Part shown: piece by piece, positions 51,086-60,947 of the stretch
Layout of the letters: the number at the start of each line of letters is the position of its first letter
How positions within the stretch are numbered: the first letter of the stretch is position 1
Assembly: GCA_963744145.1 (NCBI GenBank)
Contig: CAVUSO010000001.1
Coordinates: 2,528,001 to 2,592,000 of the forward strand
Direction: 5' to 3'
Source: an uncultured cyanobacterium
Lineage (GTDB): Bacteria > Cyanobacteriota > Cyanobacteriia > Cyanobacteriales > CAWUOF01
Length of the DNA: 64,000 nucleotides
Translations under genes and position numbers: made by a program
Notes under the pieces: model-generated
Seen by the model: only the letters and a program-made list of their open reading frames with translations
Databases searched by the model: none
What the model was told of the DNA's origin: nothing

Positions 51086-53530
51086 ATGAAATTAGTCAGT
51101 TATACTGGGCAAATTGGGACAATAGCTGTCTTATTGCTAAATCCTTGTAGGTCTACTTCAGCCCAAATTACCCCCGATCATACTTTACCACATAATAGTA
51201 ATGTTATTCTTAATAGTAACAGTGTCCGGATCGAGGGAGGTAGCCAAGTCGGTGGGAACTTATTCCATAGTTTTACCGAATTTTCCGTTAATGTAGGTAC
51301 AGAAGCATTTTTTAATAATTCTCTAGATATTCAAAATATTTTTACCCGTGTCACAGGTAATACAGCATCAAATATTAATGGATTAATTCGTGCTAACGGT
51401 AGTGCTAATCTATTTTTTATCAACCCAAATGGAATTACCTTTGGTCCCCATGCAGCACTAAATATTGGTGGTTCATTTATTGGTACTACTGCGAATAATA
51501 TCAAATTTGCTGATGGGACTCAATTTAGTACCAAACCAGCTAATTTACCATCACCTCTACTAACTATTAGTGTACCGATCGGCTTACAATTTGGTATTAA
51601 CCCAGGTCAGATTATCAATCAATCTACTGTCAGTATTCCGAATATTTCTCAACCTGTCGGTTTAGCAGTACAACCAGGACAAACTTTAGCATTAGCAGGT
51701 GGAGATATCTTACTACAAGGAGGAATTTTAACAGCACAGGGAGGACGAATTGAACTCAGTGCAGTGGGAGATCATAATTCAGTTAGTCTCACTCCAATTC
51801 CGAATGGACAAGGTTTTATCCTGGGAAATCAAGACTTACAAAATTTACGCGATATCCAACTATCTGGGGGTGCTGTAGTTAATACCAGTGGTAGTGGTGG
51901 TGGAGATATTCAGCTCCAAGGAAGACAGGTTTCACTCCAAAATGGATCGAGTTTATTAGCGGTTACTTTAGGTAATCTTCCTGGAGGAACTATTAAGGTC
52001 AATGCTTCCCAATCCTTAGATATATCAGGAATTGGAGATTATGAAGATATTGTCCGTAAATTTGTAAATGCAACTGTGGGAATTAGTGACTTACATAGTG
52101 GATTATTTACCCTAACATTTGGTCCTGGTAATGGGGGTAATATTGTCATTAATACTCCCCAACTTACTGAGGAAAATGGAGCTTTTATAGACGCTACTAC
52201 CTTAGCACCAGGTAAGGGAGGAACTATAGTAGTAAATGCCTCTTCTATATCCCTTAATGCGGCATTCATAACGACGGGAACTTCGGGGTTAAATGCTGGA
52301 GATTCAGGAGATATAACCGTTAATACTAATCATATTGTTGCTAACAATAATGGGTTTATCACAGCTGTTAGTGTTGGGAATGGTCAAGCGGGAAATTTAA
52401 GTGTTAATGCTAGGGAATCAATTGAGTTAATTGGAGTTAATCCATTTCAGATTACAGAAAATGTTGATGGTTATACAGGTTTTTTTACTAGTGGATTAGG
52501 AACTGGAAAATCCGGCAATATCCAGATTACCACAAAAAAATTATCTATGTTCAGTGGAGCTGATATAGCTGCGGGTGTATTTGCAGCTGGAGAAGGAGGA
52601 AATATTAATATTAATGCTACCGGATCTGTAGAATTAAGTGGTCGTTCTCCTAATGGTTATTCAATGACAGATATAAATACTCTCACTACACCTGGTTCGA
52701 CAGGAGGAAATTTATTTATCCAAACACCAAGCTTAACACTGCAAAATGGGGCAATGTTAAATGTGCGATCGCAGGGAACAGGAAGTCCATTTAATTTACA
52801 AGTAGTTGCTGATACTATAAAAATTTTCAATCAAAGCAGAATTGAGGGAACAGCAATAGCTGGAGAAGGTGCTAACATAAATTTGCAAGCAAATACCTTA
52901 CAAATAGCTCAAAATAGTTTCATTTCTGCTACTGCTGGATTTCTAGGTGCAACGAGAAATGGTGGGAATATTAATATTACTACTAATACTTTAGGACTTT
53001 TGGCAAATAGTAGCATTTTTGCTAATGCTTTTTCGGGTAAAGGGGGAAATATTACGATTACAACCAAAGGTAATTTTATTTCGACCGATAGTAATATTAC
53101 AGCTAGTTCTACCCTAGGAGTAAGTGGTACTGTAAAGATTAACACACTCAATAGTGAACCTACTTCTGGTTTATTTACATTTTCAACAAAGTTTAGCGAT
53201 CTAAATAGTCAAATTATTCCTGGTTGTGCTGCGGATCGAGGTAATCTATTTATCATTACTGGAAGAGGAGGATTACCTAAAGATCAAACTCAGAATCTCA
53301 CCAGTCTAGCAAGGGAAAATATCAGTAAACAGGAGGGAAAATCTTTATCCAATCGAGCGGCAATTTTTAGTTCCAAACCCTTAATGGTTGAAGCGACTAG
53401 ATGGACTATCGATTCACATGGTCAAGTAAAGCTTGTTGCTAATGCAGATAAGTGGACACATCAATATTCTTGGTATACCTTCCCAAAGTGTCCGAAAAAA
53501 GAGCTTGTCTATCTTCTAATGAGAGAATAA
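51086..53530 (+). CDS. Filamentous haemagglutinin N-terminal (TPS) domain protein
   Basis: AQITPD, NLFHSF, RVTG, NPNGI; GxGG(N/D)I beta-helix repeats; FIITGRGGLP. Confidence 0.9.
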   Translation: MKLVSYTGQIGTIAVLLLNPCRSTSAQITPDHTLPHNSNVILNSNSVRIEGGSQVGGNLFHSFTEFSVNVGTEAFFNNSLDIQNIFTRVTGNTASNINGLIRANGSANLFFINPNGITFGPHAALNIGGSFIGTTANNIKFADGTQFSTKPANLPSPLLTISVPIGLQFGINPGQIINQSTVSIPNISQPVGLAVQPGQTLALAGGDILLQGGILTAQGGRIELSAVGDHNSVSLTPIPNGQGFILGNQDLQNLRDIQLSGGAVVNTSGSGGGDIQLQGRQVSLQNGSSLLAVTLGNLPGGTIKVNASQSLDISGIGDYEDIVRKFVNATVGISDLHSGLFTLTFGPGNGGNIVINTPQLTEENGAFIDATTLAPGKGGTIVVNASSISLNAAFITTGTSGLNAGDSGDITVNTNHIVANNNGFITAVSVGNGQAGNLSVNARESIELIGVNPFQITENVDGYTGFFTSGLGTGKSGNIQITTKKLSMFSGADIAAGVFAAGEGGNININATGSVELSGRSPNGYSMTDINTLTTPGSTGGNLFIQTPSLTLQNGAMLNVRSQGTGSPFNLQVVADTIKIFNQSRIEGTAIAGEGANINLQANTLQIAQNSFISATAGFLGATRNGGNINITTNTLGLLANSSIFANAFSGKGGNITITTKGNFISTDSNITASSTLGVSGTVKINTLNSEPTSGLFTFSTKFSDLNSQIIPGCAADRGNLFIITGRGGLPKDQTQNLTSLARENISKQEGKSLSNRAAIFSSKPLMVEATRWTIDSHGQVKLVANADKWTHQYSWYTFPKCPKKELVYLLMRE

Positions 53531-53636
53531 ATCGTCATCGGATAGTTATGGGTAAATGCAAGTAATTCTCAACCAGTCATGATGTCGATCATACCTTCCT
53601 CATCCCTGACTAGGAGAATTGGTTTAAAGACCAAGG

Positions 53637-56600
53637 TTACCAAGGATTACCAATAATCGTAAATCCACTCCAAAAATAAGGATGACTGAATTGAGGATGG
53701 AATTTAACTAACTCAGGAGGTAAGGGAAACGATTGCTGACTGGTGACTAATTTTCCGGATTCCAAACGCACTTCACCTCGCATCATAGCTAACTGAGCGC
53801 GACGTAAAGCTTCCGCTTTAATTGGTGCCGTTTTTAATTGCTCGTAAAACTCCGTCATTAATCCGAGAGTACCTTGATCGGAAATATACCATAAGGAAGC
53901 TAAGACGGATTTCACCCCAGTTTTAACTGCTAATCCGGCAAAACCTAATTCCGCATCTTCATTGCCGATCGCTGTTTTACAGGCACTTAAAACTAACAGT
54001 TCGACCGGGGGATGATTCCACTTAATCGATCGTAAATTAGCTAGTCGTAGATTTTCTTGAGCAAAATAAATGTAGGAATCATTAACATTCCCCGGATTAA
54101 AATCAGCATGGGTAGCTAAATGGACAATCCGAAACGGAATATGTTCCCGTTCAGCTTTTAAATTTTCAATGGTAAAATCATGATTAAGAAAAGTCTTACC
54201 ACCTCTAATTTTATTGATCAAAGATATTTCTTCACCAACGTAGGGTAAGGATGGCAAATGGGCAGAGGGTAAGAAAGTCTTACTACCCATTGCCAAAACC
54301 GGAGAATTGTGAATATTGTAATAACTAGTATCAGTGAGGGCAAAACTTGGCATTAATCCCACACTATAATGTTCGATCAGAAAATTTTTTCCATCGTACA
54401 TGGCCGCTAAAGGAATAGTGCGAAGTTGCTTATCCATGACATAGACTAAGTTTTGAATTTGCAATTTTTGTAGGGCACTTTCTAAGGGTGCTACTAACCA
54501 TTGATACATTTTTTTAGCTGGTTCAAAATATTCTTTTGTCAGAGTTTGATCTGTTACTGCATTCTGAAAATTAATGGCAGTTTGAATAACTTCTTCCCTA
54601 GTAATATTAACTGACCTGCGAATAGGTTTAGCATTAGGTGTAACTAAAATTAATTCTAAGCGATCGCGTTTCTCTTGTGTAGAAGAACGTAATAATCCTA
54701 GTTGATTATCGAATTGATCGTTAGCTATATTCATCCCATTTTTACTAGAAATTGGAGTAATTGTACTCGGCACAAAAACAGCATAAATAAGCGCTGGTTT
54801 AGTTCCGGTATTAGTTTCAATATTACCCAAAGATTTCTGGATTTTGCCAACACTTACTTCTTGGGAATCGGGCAGACCAAAATATCTAGTGTATTCTTGG
54901 CTAATCAATTTATCAACTGCGATATTTTGAGAATTATCGCTGTTTATTGATGGTAAGATTTCTAGTTGATTTGGTAATTTAGTTAGATCGACTGGATTAA
55001 TCGTTAAATTCTGCTGCTCGTGATTAGAAGGTATTGAAGATGAGCTTGAACTTGAGATTGGAGTTGGGATTGAAGTTAGGATTGATGATGGAGTTGATGA
55101 TGAAATTGGTGTGATAATTCCAGATGAAATTGGAGAGACAGTTCCGGAAGTTGATGGTGTTATTGGTATTGATGGGGTTGATGGGGTTGATGGTATTAAT
55201 GATATTGGTGGGGTTGATAGTATTGATGGGGTTGATGGGGTTGTGGAAGAAGAATTAGTAATAATAGCTAAAGTACCATTATCTTGCACTAGAGTGTTTA
55301 AAAAGGAACCGCTAGTAATAGTTTGTTCTGTACCATTTCCCTGATCTAAGGCACTTGCAGTTCCGTTAGTAGTTGCATCTCCGACAACAAAAGGTGTGAT
55401 CCCATTCCCACCATGTCTGAGAATAATATTTCCTCCTTGGGTATTGCCGATCGTGCAAATACTCACCGTGCCACAATTAGTTGTAGTTAGGGGCACATTT
55501 ACTCGCAAATATGTACCTGCGGTAATATCCACATTACCTCCCGTTGTCTGACCAGAAGTATTAATATTACTCACTTGCACATCTCCCGTGGGGTCAATTA
55601 GTACATTACCACCTGCTCCATTCATGCTACTAGAATCAATTTGTTTAGTGGTAATTTGGGTGCTAGCTTGTACCGATATATTTCCTCCACTTGTTGCACC
55701 AGTTGTGGTGATATTACCCACAGCGATCGCGGCATTTTTACTAATAATAGAAATCTGACCACCTTGACTAATTCCCGTAATCCCTTTAGCACTTAAATCT
55801 CCTGTGGTGATATTGCCATTCGCTTGGAGAAATAAGGTTCCACCTTGAGCATTATTAGAATTAGCACTGAGCGAACTCATGTTAATTGCTCCAGTAGTGC
55901 TAGTGAGACTAATATTTCCTCCCTGACCTTTAGTCGCATCAGCAAAGAGCAGTAATCCCTTAATATCGTTAGCAGCATTAATGGTTAAATTTCCACCATT
56001 CCCAAATGCTGAAGTTGAAGTAAGAGCATTAATCTGTACCGCACCCAGAGTGCTAGTTAAAGAAATATCTCCTCCTTTCCCAGTGCCATTAGAACTGCTA
56101 TTAATATTCTTATTAATAATAATATCGCTGCTACTCGCTAGGGAAATATTCCCCCCCTGACCTGAATTTGAAGTTGAAGTAATCGTTCCAACCGGATTCG
56201 TAATTAAGCCTCCCGTAGTATTCAGGGTAATATTTCCCCCTGCTCCACTACCATTGCTAGTCGTATTGAGATTAGCGATTTGTATATTGCTATTCGCATT
56301 CAAGGTAATATCTCCACCTTTACCTGTCCCTGAACTAGAATTCAAAGTTCCTAGAGTAGTATCGATCGCATCCCCACTGGTAATCGTGATATTTCCTCCT
56401 GTACCACTCTCAGTCGAATTACTATTAATATTACCTGTCATAACACCGAGATGATTAGCTGTTAAAGTTACATCTCCACCCTGACTAGTAGAGCTAGTAT
56501 CAAGGGTGCCGCTAGTTGTATCAATTTGACCTAAATTGCTCGTAATACTAATGCTATTACCTGGAGTTGTAATCGACGGAGTAGTCACACTCCCATTCGC

Positions 56601-59561
56601 AGTTAAAGTAATATTTCCGGTCAGAGTAGGAGGAGTATTTAAGATAATATTGCTATTGCTAGCACCCAAGTTCTCTACCAGCAGGTTGTTAGCGATGATA
56701 TTTTGCAGACTAATATTACCACTACTACCTGTAGCCGTACCCGTATTAATGCGAATAGTGGTATCGCCTGTCCCAGAATTTAAAGTTACTCCAGGTGCAA
56801 CAGTAATATACGCAGAACCCGAATCCCGATATTGACTTTGCACACCATTAGCGGCAGTTTCATTCGCTACAAGAGTTAAATTTCCATTATCAGTGGTGAT
56901 GTTGCCATTAACTAGAATACTATGTCCTGCTTGTAAGGTAAATGCACCACCATTTCCCCCAGCAGATGTAATTACTGGTTGGGCAACAGTCAGATCGTTG
57001 TTAGCCTTGAGTACCACATTAGTCCCTGTGTTGGTAACTCTAGTGATATCAGCCGGATTAACATTAACTGAATAACTGGGATTATCACTAAAGGATAATA
57101 CTCCTGGATAGGCTGGAATCTCAAAAAAGGTTTGTCCTGCTTGTGAAACTCCCCCCGATGTGTTGAGTATTGCCCCAAATAGTAGGTTGTTTCCTGATAT
57201 AGCTACTGAATAGCCGAAGTTGCCAGAAAATGTTCCAGGATTGGGGTTATCGAAAGTTTGCAACAGCCCCCCACTAGGATTAAACAAAAAGGCTTGTCCT
57301 GCTCCTGAGACTCCCCCCGATGTGTTACCAAATGCCCCAACCAGTAGGTTGCTTCCTGATATCGCTACTGATCCCCCGAAGTAGCCCTGGGATGCAGGAT
57401 TGGGGTTATTGAAAGTTTGCAACAGCCCCCCACTGGTATTAAATAAATAGGCTTGTCCTGCTCCTGAGACTCCCTCCAATGTGTTATTTAGTGCCCCAAC
57501 CAGTAAGTTGCTTCCTGATATCGCTACTGAATAGCCAAATCGGCCATTTAGTAAAGGATTGGGGTTATCGAAAGTTTGCAACAGCCCCCCACTGGTATTA
57601 AACAAATAGGCTTGTCCTGCTTGTAAAACTCCCCCCGATGTGTTACCAGATGCCCCCACTAGTAGGTTGCTTCCTGATATCGCTACTGAATCGCCGAATG
57701 TACCATTTGGTACAGGATTGGGGTTATTGAAAGTTTGCAACAGCCCCCCACTGGTATTAAACAAATAGGCTTGTCCTGCTCCTGAGACTCCCCCCGATGT
57801 GTTTCCCCATGCCCCAACTAGTAGGTTGCTTCCTGATATAGCCACTGAATAGCCGAATCGGCCACTTGGTAAAGGATTGGGGTTATTGAAAGTTTGCAAC
57901 AGCCCCCCACTGGTATTAAACAAATAGGCTTGTCCTGCTTGTGAGACTCCCCCCGATGTGTTTCCCCATGCCCCAATCAGTAGGTTGCTTCCTGATATCG
58001 CTACTGAACTGCCGAATTGGCCAATTGCGACAGGATTGGGGTTATTGAAAGTTTGCAACAGCCCCCCACTGGTATTAAACAAATAGGCTTGTCCTGCTCC
58101 TGAGACTCCCCCCGATGTGTTTCCAGCTGCCCCAACCAGTAGGTTGCTTCCTGATATCGCTACTGAAGAGCCGAAGTTGCCACCTGCTACAAGATTGGGG
58201 TTTAAAATCGTTGCTAGGGGTGAGCTAGCATTAGTAATCGTTATATTTTTGGGATCAAGTAGTAAAGTTCCTGCTTTTCCTAATATTGCTCCCGCATCTA
58301 CTCCACCTGTGAAAATTAGTAAGTCTTTCCCTGAAGTTTCTACTAATCCCCCATCGCCACCATTCACACCACCACGGGCAGTTATATTGCCATAATATTG
58401 AGTTAAATTATCAGACCAAACTATTACTTCGCCGCCATTTCCTCTTCCTGTGGCATTAGCATTAATATTAGCATCTGGTGCAATAATCGTTTGAGTAGCA
58501 TGAGGTAAAGTTCCCCCTCCTTGATAATCGCCACCAACTCTTACTCTACCTCCTCCCGCTGGGCCAGAAGCATCTATATTGCTATTAAATACTCCTACTT
58601 TGTCTCCTAAAATATTTACATTTCCACCTCCTGAATTTTCCTTTATTCCTGCTACTGAAATATTCCCTGCTGTAATTGCTAACCCTTGCTGATTTGGTAA
58701 AATCATTCCAGACTGATTTAATTGCACATGACCAAATGGATTGACACTCAAACCTGTATCTATATTCTTGGCTGTTCCTGTTAGCAAAGTCGGTAAATCT
58801 ACCGGATTTATTGGTAATATTTGTCCGGTAATATCTCGTGGTGGCACTATTTCTAGGCTTAAGATATTTCCAGGTTGCGATATTTTTACAACATTCTGAT
58901 TTGGGACAGCACTAATAGTAATATTTCCTGAAGCGGCTGTTAGTTCCCCCGTATTTATTACATTACCGCCTAATAATGTTAAATTTTCGCCTGTTGGAAC
59001 GGCTAATTTTCCGGCATTGATAATATTTCCCGATTTCGCCAAATCAAAGGCAAATTGTGATGGTATTCCGATCAAGTTTTGATAATTATTACTGCCAAAA
59101 GCATTGAACCATTGATTATTACTAAATCCAATCCCTGTCGCTGTTGTTGCGGTAAAAGATGCGGGCACATTTAAACTCGCATTAGTTCCAAATACTATTC
59201 CCGCAGGATTAATTAAGAATAAGTTAGACTTCCCTCCTGTTACTTGGATTAGTCCGTTAATTAAGGAAGCATTTCCCCCCGTCACTCTCCCTAATATATT
59301 CCGAATTTGGGGATTAGATATAAAATTTGCTGTTTCACCTGCGGAAAGTCCGAATTTATCAAAACTGTGGAATAGGTTGGTGCGATCGCCCGACAGCATC
59401 CCACCATTAATATTATATTTATTACCTACAGGTGTAACTAATGTACCGGTAGCGTTGCTAGCAGGAATAATGGATTGTGCTAATCCGGGATAAATATTAC
59501 CACATCCTAAAACTAGGGGAACAATTGTTAAGCATCCGTTAATAAGGGTGAAAAATTTCAT
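53637..59561 (-). CDS. Large TPS/haemagglutinin-domain protein with FG-GAP propeller, beta-helix repeats and CHAT domain
   Basis: NLFHSF/NPAGI, LLLDPKNITI, 7 FG-GAP repeats, Ser/Thr/Pro linker, HLATHA and LSACKTA, HPYFWSGFTIIGNPW. Confidence 0.92.
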   Translation of the reverse strand: MKFFTLINGCLTIVPLVLGCGNIYPGLAQSIIPASNATGTLVTPVGNKYNINGGMLSGDRTNLFHSFDKFGLSAGETANFISNPQIRNILGRVTGGNASLINGLIQVTGGKSNLFLINPAGIVFGTNASLNVPASFTATTATGIGFSNNQWFNAFGSNNYQNLIGIPSQFAFDLAKSGNIINAGKLAVPTGENLTLLGGNVINTGELTAASGNITISAVPNQNVVKISQPGNILSLEIVPPRDITGQILPINPVDLPTLLTGTAKNIDTGLSVNPFGHVQLNQSGMILPNQQGLAITAGNISVAGIKENSGGGNVNILGDKVGVFNSNIDASGPAGGGRVRVGGDYQGGGTLPHATQTIIAPDANINANATGRGNGGEVIVWSDNLTQYYGNITARGGVNGGDGGLVETSGKDLLIFTGGVDAGAILGKAGTLLLDPKNITITNASSPLATILNPNLVAGGNFGSSVAISGSNLLVGAAGNTSGGVSGAGQAYLFNTSGGLLQTFNNPNPVAIGQFGSSVAISGSNLLIGAWGNTSGGVSQAGQAYLFNTSGGLLQTFNNPNPLPSGRFGYSVAISGSNLLVGAWGNTSGGVSGAGQAYLFNTSGGLLQTFNNPNPVPNGTFGDSVAISGSNLLVGASGNTSGGVLQAGQAYLFNTSGGLLQTFDNPNPLLNGRFGYSVAISGSNLLVGALNNTLEGVSGAGQAYLFNTSGGLLQTFNNPNPASQGYFGGSVAISGSNLLVGAFGNTSGGVSGAGQAFLFNPSGGLLQTFDNPNPGTFSGNFGYSVAISGNNLLFGAILNTSGGVSQAGQTFFEIPAYPGVLSFSDNPSYSVNVNPADITRVTNTGTNVVLKANNDLTVAQPVITSAGGNGGAFTLQAGHSILVNGNITTDNGNLTLVANETAANGVQSQYRDSGSAYITVAPGVTLNSGTGDTTIRINTGTATGSSGNISLQNIIANNLLVENLGASNSNIILNTPPTLTGNITLTANGSVTTPSITTPGNSISITSNLGQIDTTSGTLDTSSTSQGGDVTLTANHLGVMTGNINSNSTESGTGGNITITSGDAIDTTLGTLNSSSGTGKGGDITLNANSNIQIANLNTTSNGSGAGGNITLNTTGGLITNPVGTITSTSNSGQGGNISLASSSDIIINKNINSSSNGTGKGGDISLTSTLGAVQINALTSTSAFGNGGNLTINAANDIKGLLLFADATKGQGGNISLTSTTGAINMSSLSANSNNAQGGTLFLQANGNITTGDLSAKGITGISQGGQISIISKNAAIAVGNITTTGATSGGNISVQASTQITTKQIDSSSMNGAGGNVLIDPTGDVQVSNINTSGQTTGGNVDITAGTYLRVNVPLTTTNCGTVSICTIGNTQGGNIILRHGGNGITPFVVGDATTNGTASALDQGNGTEQTITSGSFLNTLVQDNGTLAIITNSSSTTPSTPSILSTPPISLIPSTPSTPSIPITPSTSGTVSPISSGIITPISSSTPSSILTSIPTPISSSSSSSIPSNHEQQNLTINPVDLTKLPNQLEILPSINSDNSQNIAVDKLISQEYTRYFGLPDSQEVSVGKIQKSLGNIETNTGTKPALIYAVFVPSTITPISSKNGMNIANDQFDNQLGLLRSSTQEKRDRLELILVTPNAKPIRRSVNITREEVIQTAINFQNAVTDQTLTKEYFEPAKKMYQWLVAPLESALQKLQIQNLVYVMDKQLRTIPLAAMYDGKNFLIEHYSVGLMPSFALTDTSYYNIHNSPVLAMGSKTFLPSAHLPSLPYVGEEISLINKIRGGKTFLNHDFTIENLKAEREHIPFRIVHLATHADFNPGNVNDSYIYFAQENLRLANLRSIKWNHPPVELLVLSACKTAIGNEDAELGFAGLAVKTGVKSVLASLWYISDQGTLGLMTEFYEQLKTAPIKAEALRRAQLAMMRGEVRLESGKLVTSQQSFPLPPELVKFHPQFSHPYFWSGFTIIGNPW
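57121..58205 (-). repeat. About 159-bp coding tandem repeat x7 (FG-GAP blades)
   Basis: FGxSVAISGSNLLVGA..NTSGGVS.AGQAYLFNTSGGLLQTF.NPNP, near-identical at DNA level. Confidence 0.93.
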
Positions 59562-59924
59562 ATTTGGATTACTAGTTGGAAATGATAATTGCTAGGAAGG
59601 ATTAGGACGATCGGATGTAGTTCCCTGTTTCTGGGGGATTATACCAAAGCCATTGATTACTTTTAACCAAGTTTGGCGATCGCTAGGGAACTCTAAGTCC
59701 GCGTTAGGGAGGGTACTGCTCTGGGTAATCTCGGAGTTGTGTCTGTTTATTCTCTCATCAAAATTTATAGTCGATGAATTGATGCACAAAATCAACCAGG
59801 ATTTGTAGGGGCAGTGTCCCACAATTTTATTGTACTTGATTAATTTGGAATCCACTGTATATTTACTTGAGAATAAGTATAATTAATAGTAAGGCTGGCT
59901 TAAACAAATCAGAAGGTCAAAGCA

Positions 59925-60440
59925 ATGGTACAAGAATTAGTAAATTTGAGAAATTCTATTTTAGCAGAACACTATGATGATGCTTTAGAAATAATCGATG
60001 AATTAGCAGAAATGAGTAACCAAGCAATTTTGCTAAAAATTGAATCATTTTTGACGCGGTTAATGATCCATTTAATTAAAAATCAAATCGAAAATCGCTT
60101 AACCGATTCTTGGGCTGCTTCGATCGCAAATTCAATTACTGAAATCAAGAAATTAAATCTCAAAGATCATAAAACTTCTTACTATATTAATCCTGAAGAA
60201 TGGGAACCTTATCTAACTGAATCCCTCGAATTAGCTATTCGTCCAGCCAGTCAAGAAGTTTTCCATGGTAAACTCAATCGTCGTAAACTTGCAGCTAGAT
60301 TAAATCGAGGACAACTTTTATCAATCGCTCAAGAATTAGTGGTTTTGAGTTATGAGCATTCAGTCGCAGAATTGGAAAATAAATTAGATGAATATTTAGC
60401 TCAGTTACCAGGAGGTGAAGTATGGAATCAAGATAGTTAA
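59925..60440 (+). CDS. DUF29-like protein
   Basis: ELAEMS..IESFLTRLMIHLIK..SWAASI. Confidence 0.7.
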   Translation: MVQELVNLRNSILAEHYDDALEIIDELAEMSNQAILLKIESFLTRLMIHLIKNQIENRLTDSWAASIANSITEIKKLNLKDHKTSYYINPEEWEPYLTESLELAIRPASQEVFHGKLNRRKLAARLNRGQLLSIAQELVVLSYEHSVAELENKLDEYLAQLPGGEVWNQDS

Positions 60441-60514
60441 ATCCTCCCATTAAGATTATTCTAATAAAAAACCAGCGATCGCCGCTGGTCTAAATTGAGT
60501 CAAATCTGATTGAT

Positions 60515-60799
60515 TTAGTTTTCGATTTTTACCCCTTTCCAAAAAGCGACATAATTTTCAATGTTTTTAGCTTTCTCTTTGGCAGTAGGATAGTACCAAG
60601 CAGCATCTTTATTAGTCTGTCCATTAACAGCGATCGAATAATAACTAGCTACTCCTTTCCAAGGACAAGTTGTATGAGTATCACTTGCTTGGAAATATTC
60701 CTTATTAATTGCATCATGAGGAAAGTAGTGATTATTCTCGACAACTACGGTATCAGCGCTTTCTGCCAAAACAGCACCATTCCAAATTGCTTTTGCCAT
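60515..60799 (-). CDS. DUF427 family protein
   Basis: VENNHYFP, TTCPWKGVASYY, AAWYYP. Confidence 0.9.
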   Translation of the reverse strand: MAKAIWNGAVLAESADTVVVENNHYFPHDAINKEYFQASDTHTTCPWKGVASYYSIAVNGQTNKDAAWYYPTAKEKAKNIENYVAFWKGVKIEN

Positions 60800-60947
60800 T
60801 TTCTACCTCTTGATCAATTCCTAACTTTCATTTAAACATATATTACAATTATTTACAATAGGGAGAAGATAATTCTGCCTTGGCTAGAGTCAACCAGATT
60901 AGAATAATCTAGAGGAAGATCATTTTTAGGATAAGTATCTCACCAGC

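Noticed and set aside
57121..58205. Diversity-generating retroelement
   Set aside because: No reverse transcriptase or separate template repeat in the window; the copies are in-frame tandem blades
54702..58395. Several plus-strand ORFs within the large haemagglutinin gene
   Set aside because: Antisense shadows of a repetitive Gly/Asn/Thr-rich coding sequence
59592..59855. 87-aa ORF upstream of the haemagglutinin-CHAT gene
   Set aside because: No motif, and it overlaps a partial REP (tgtaggggc); coding status unsupported
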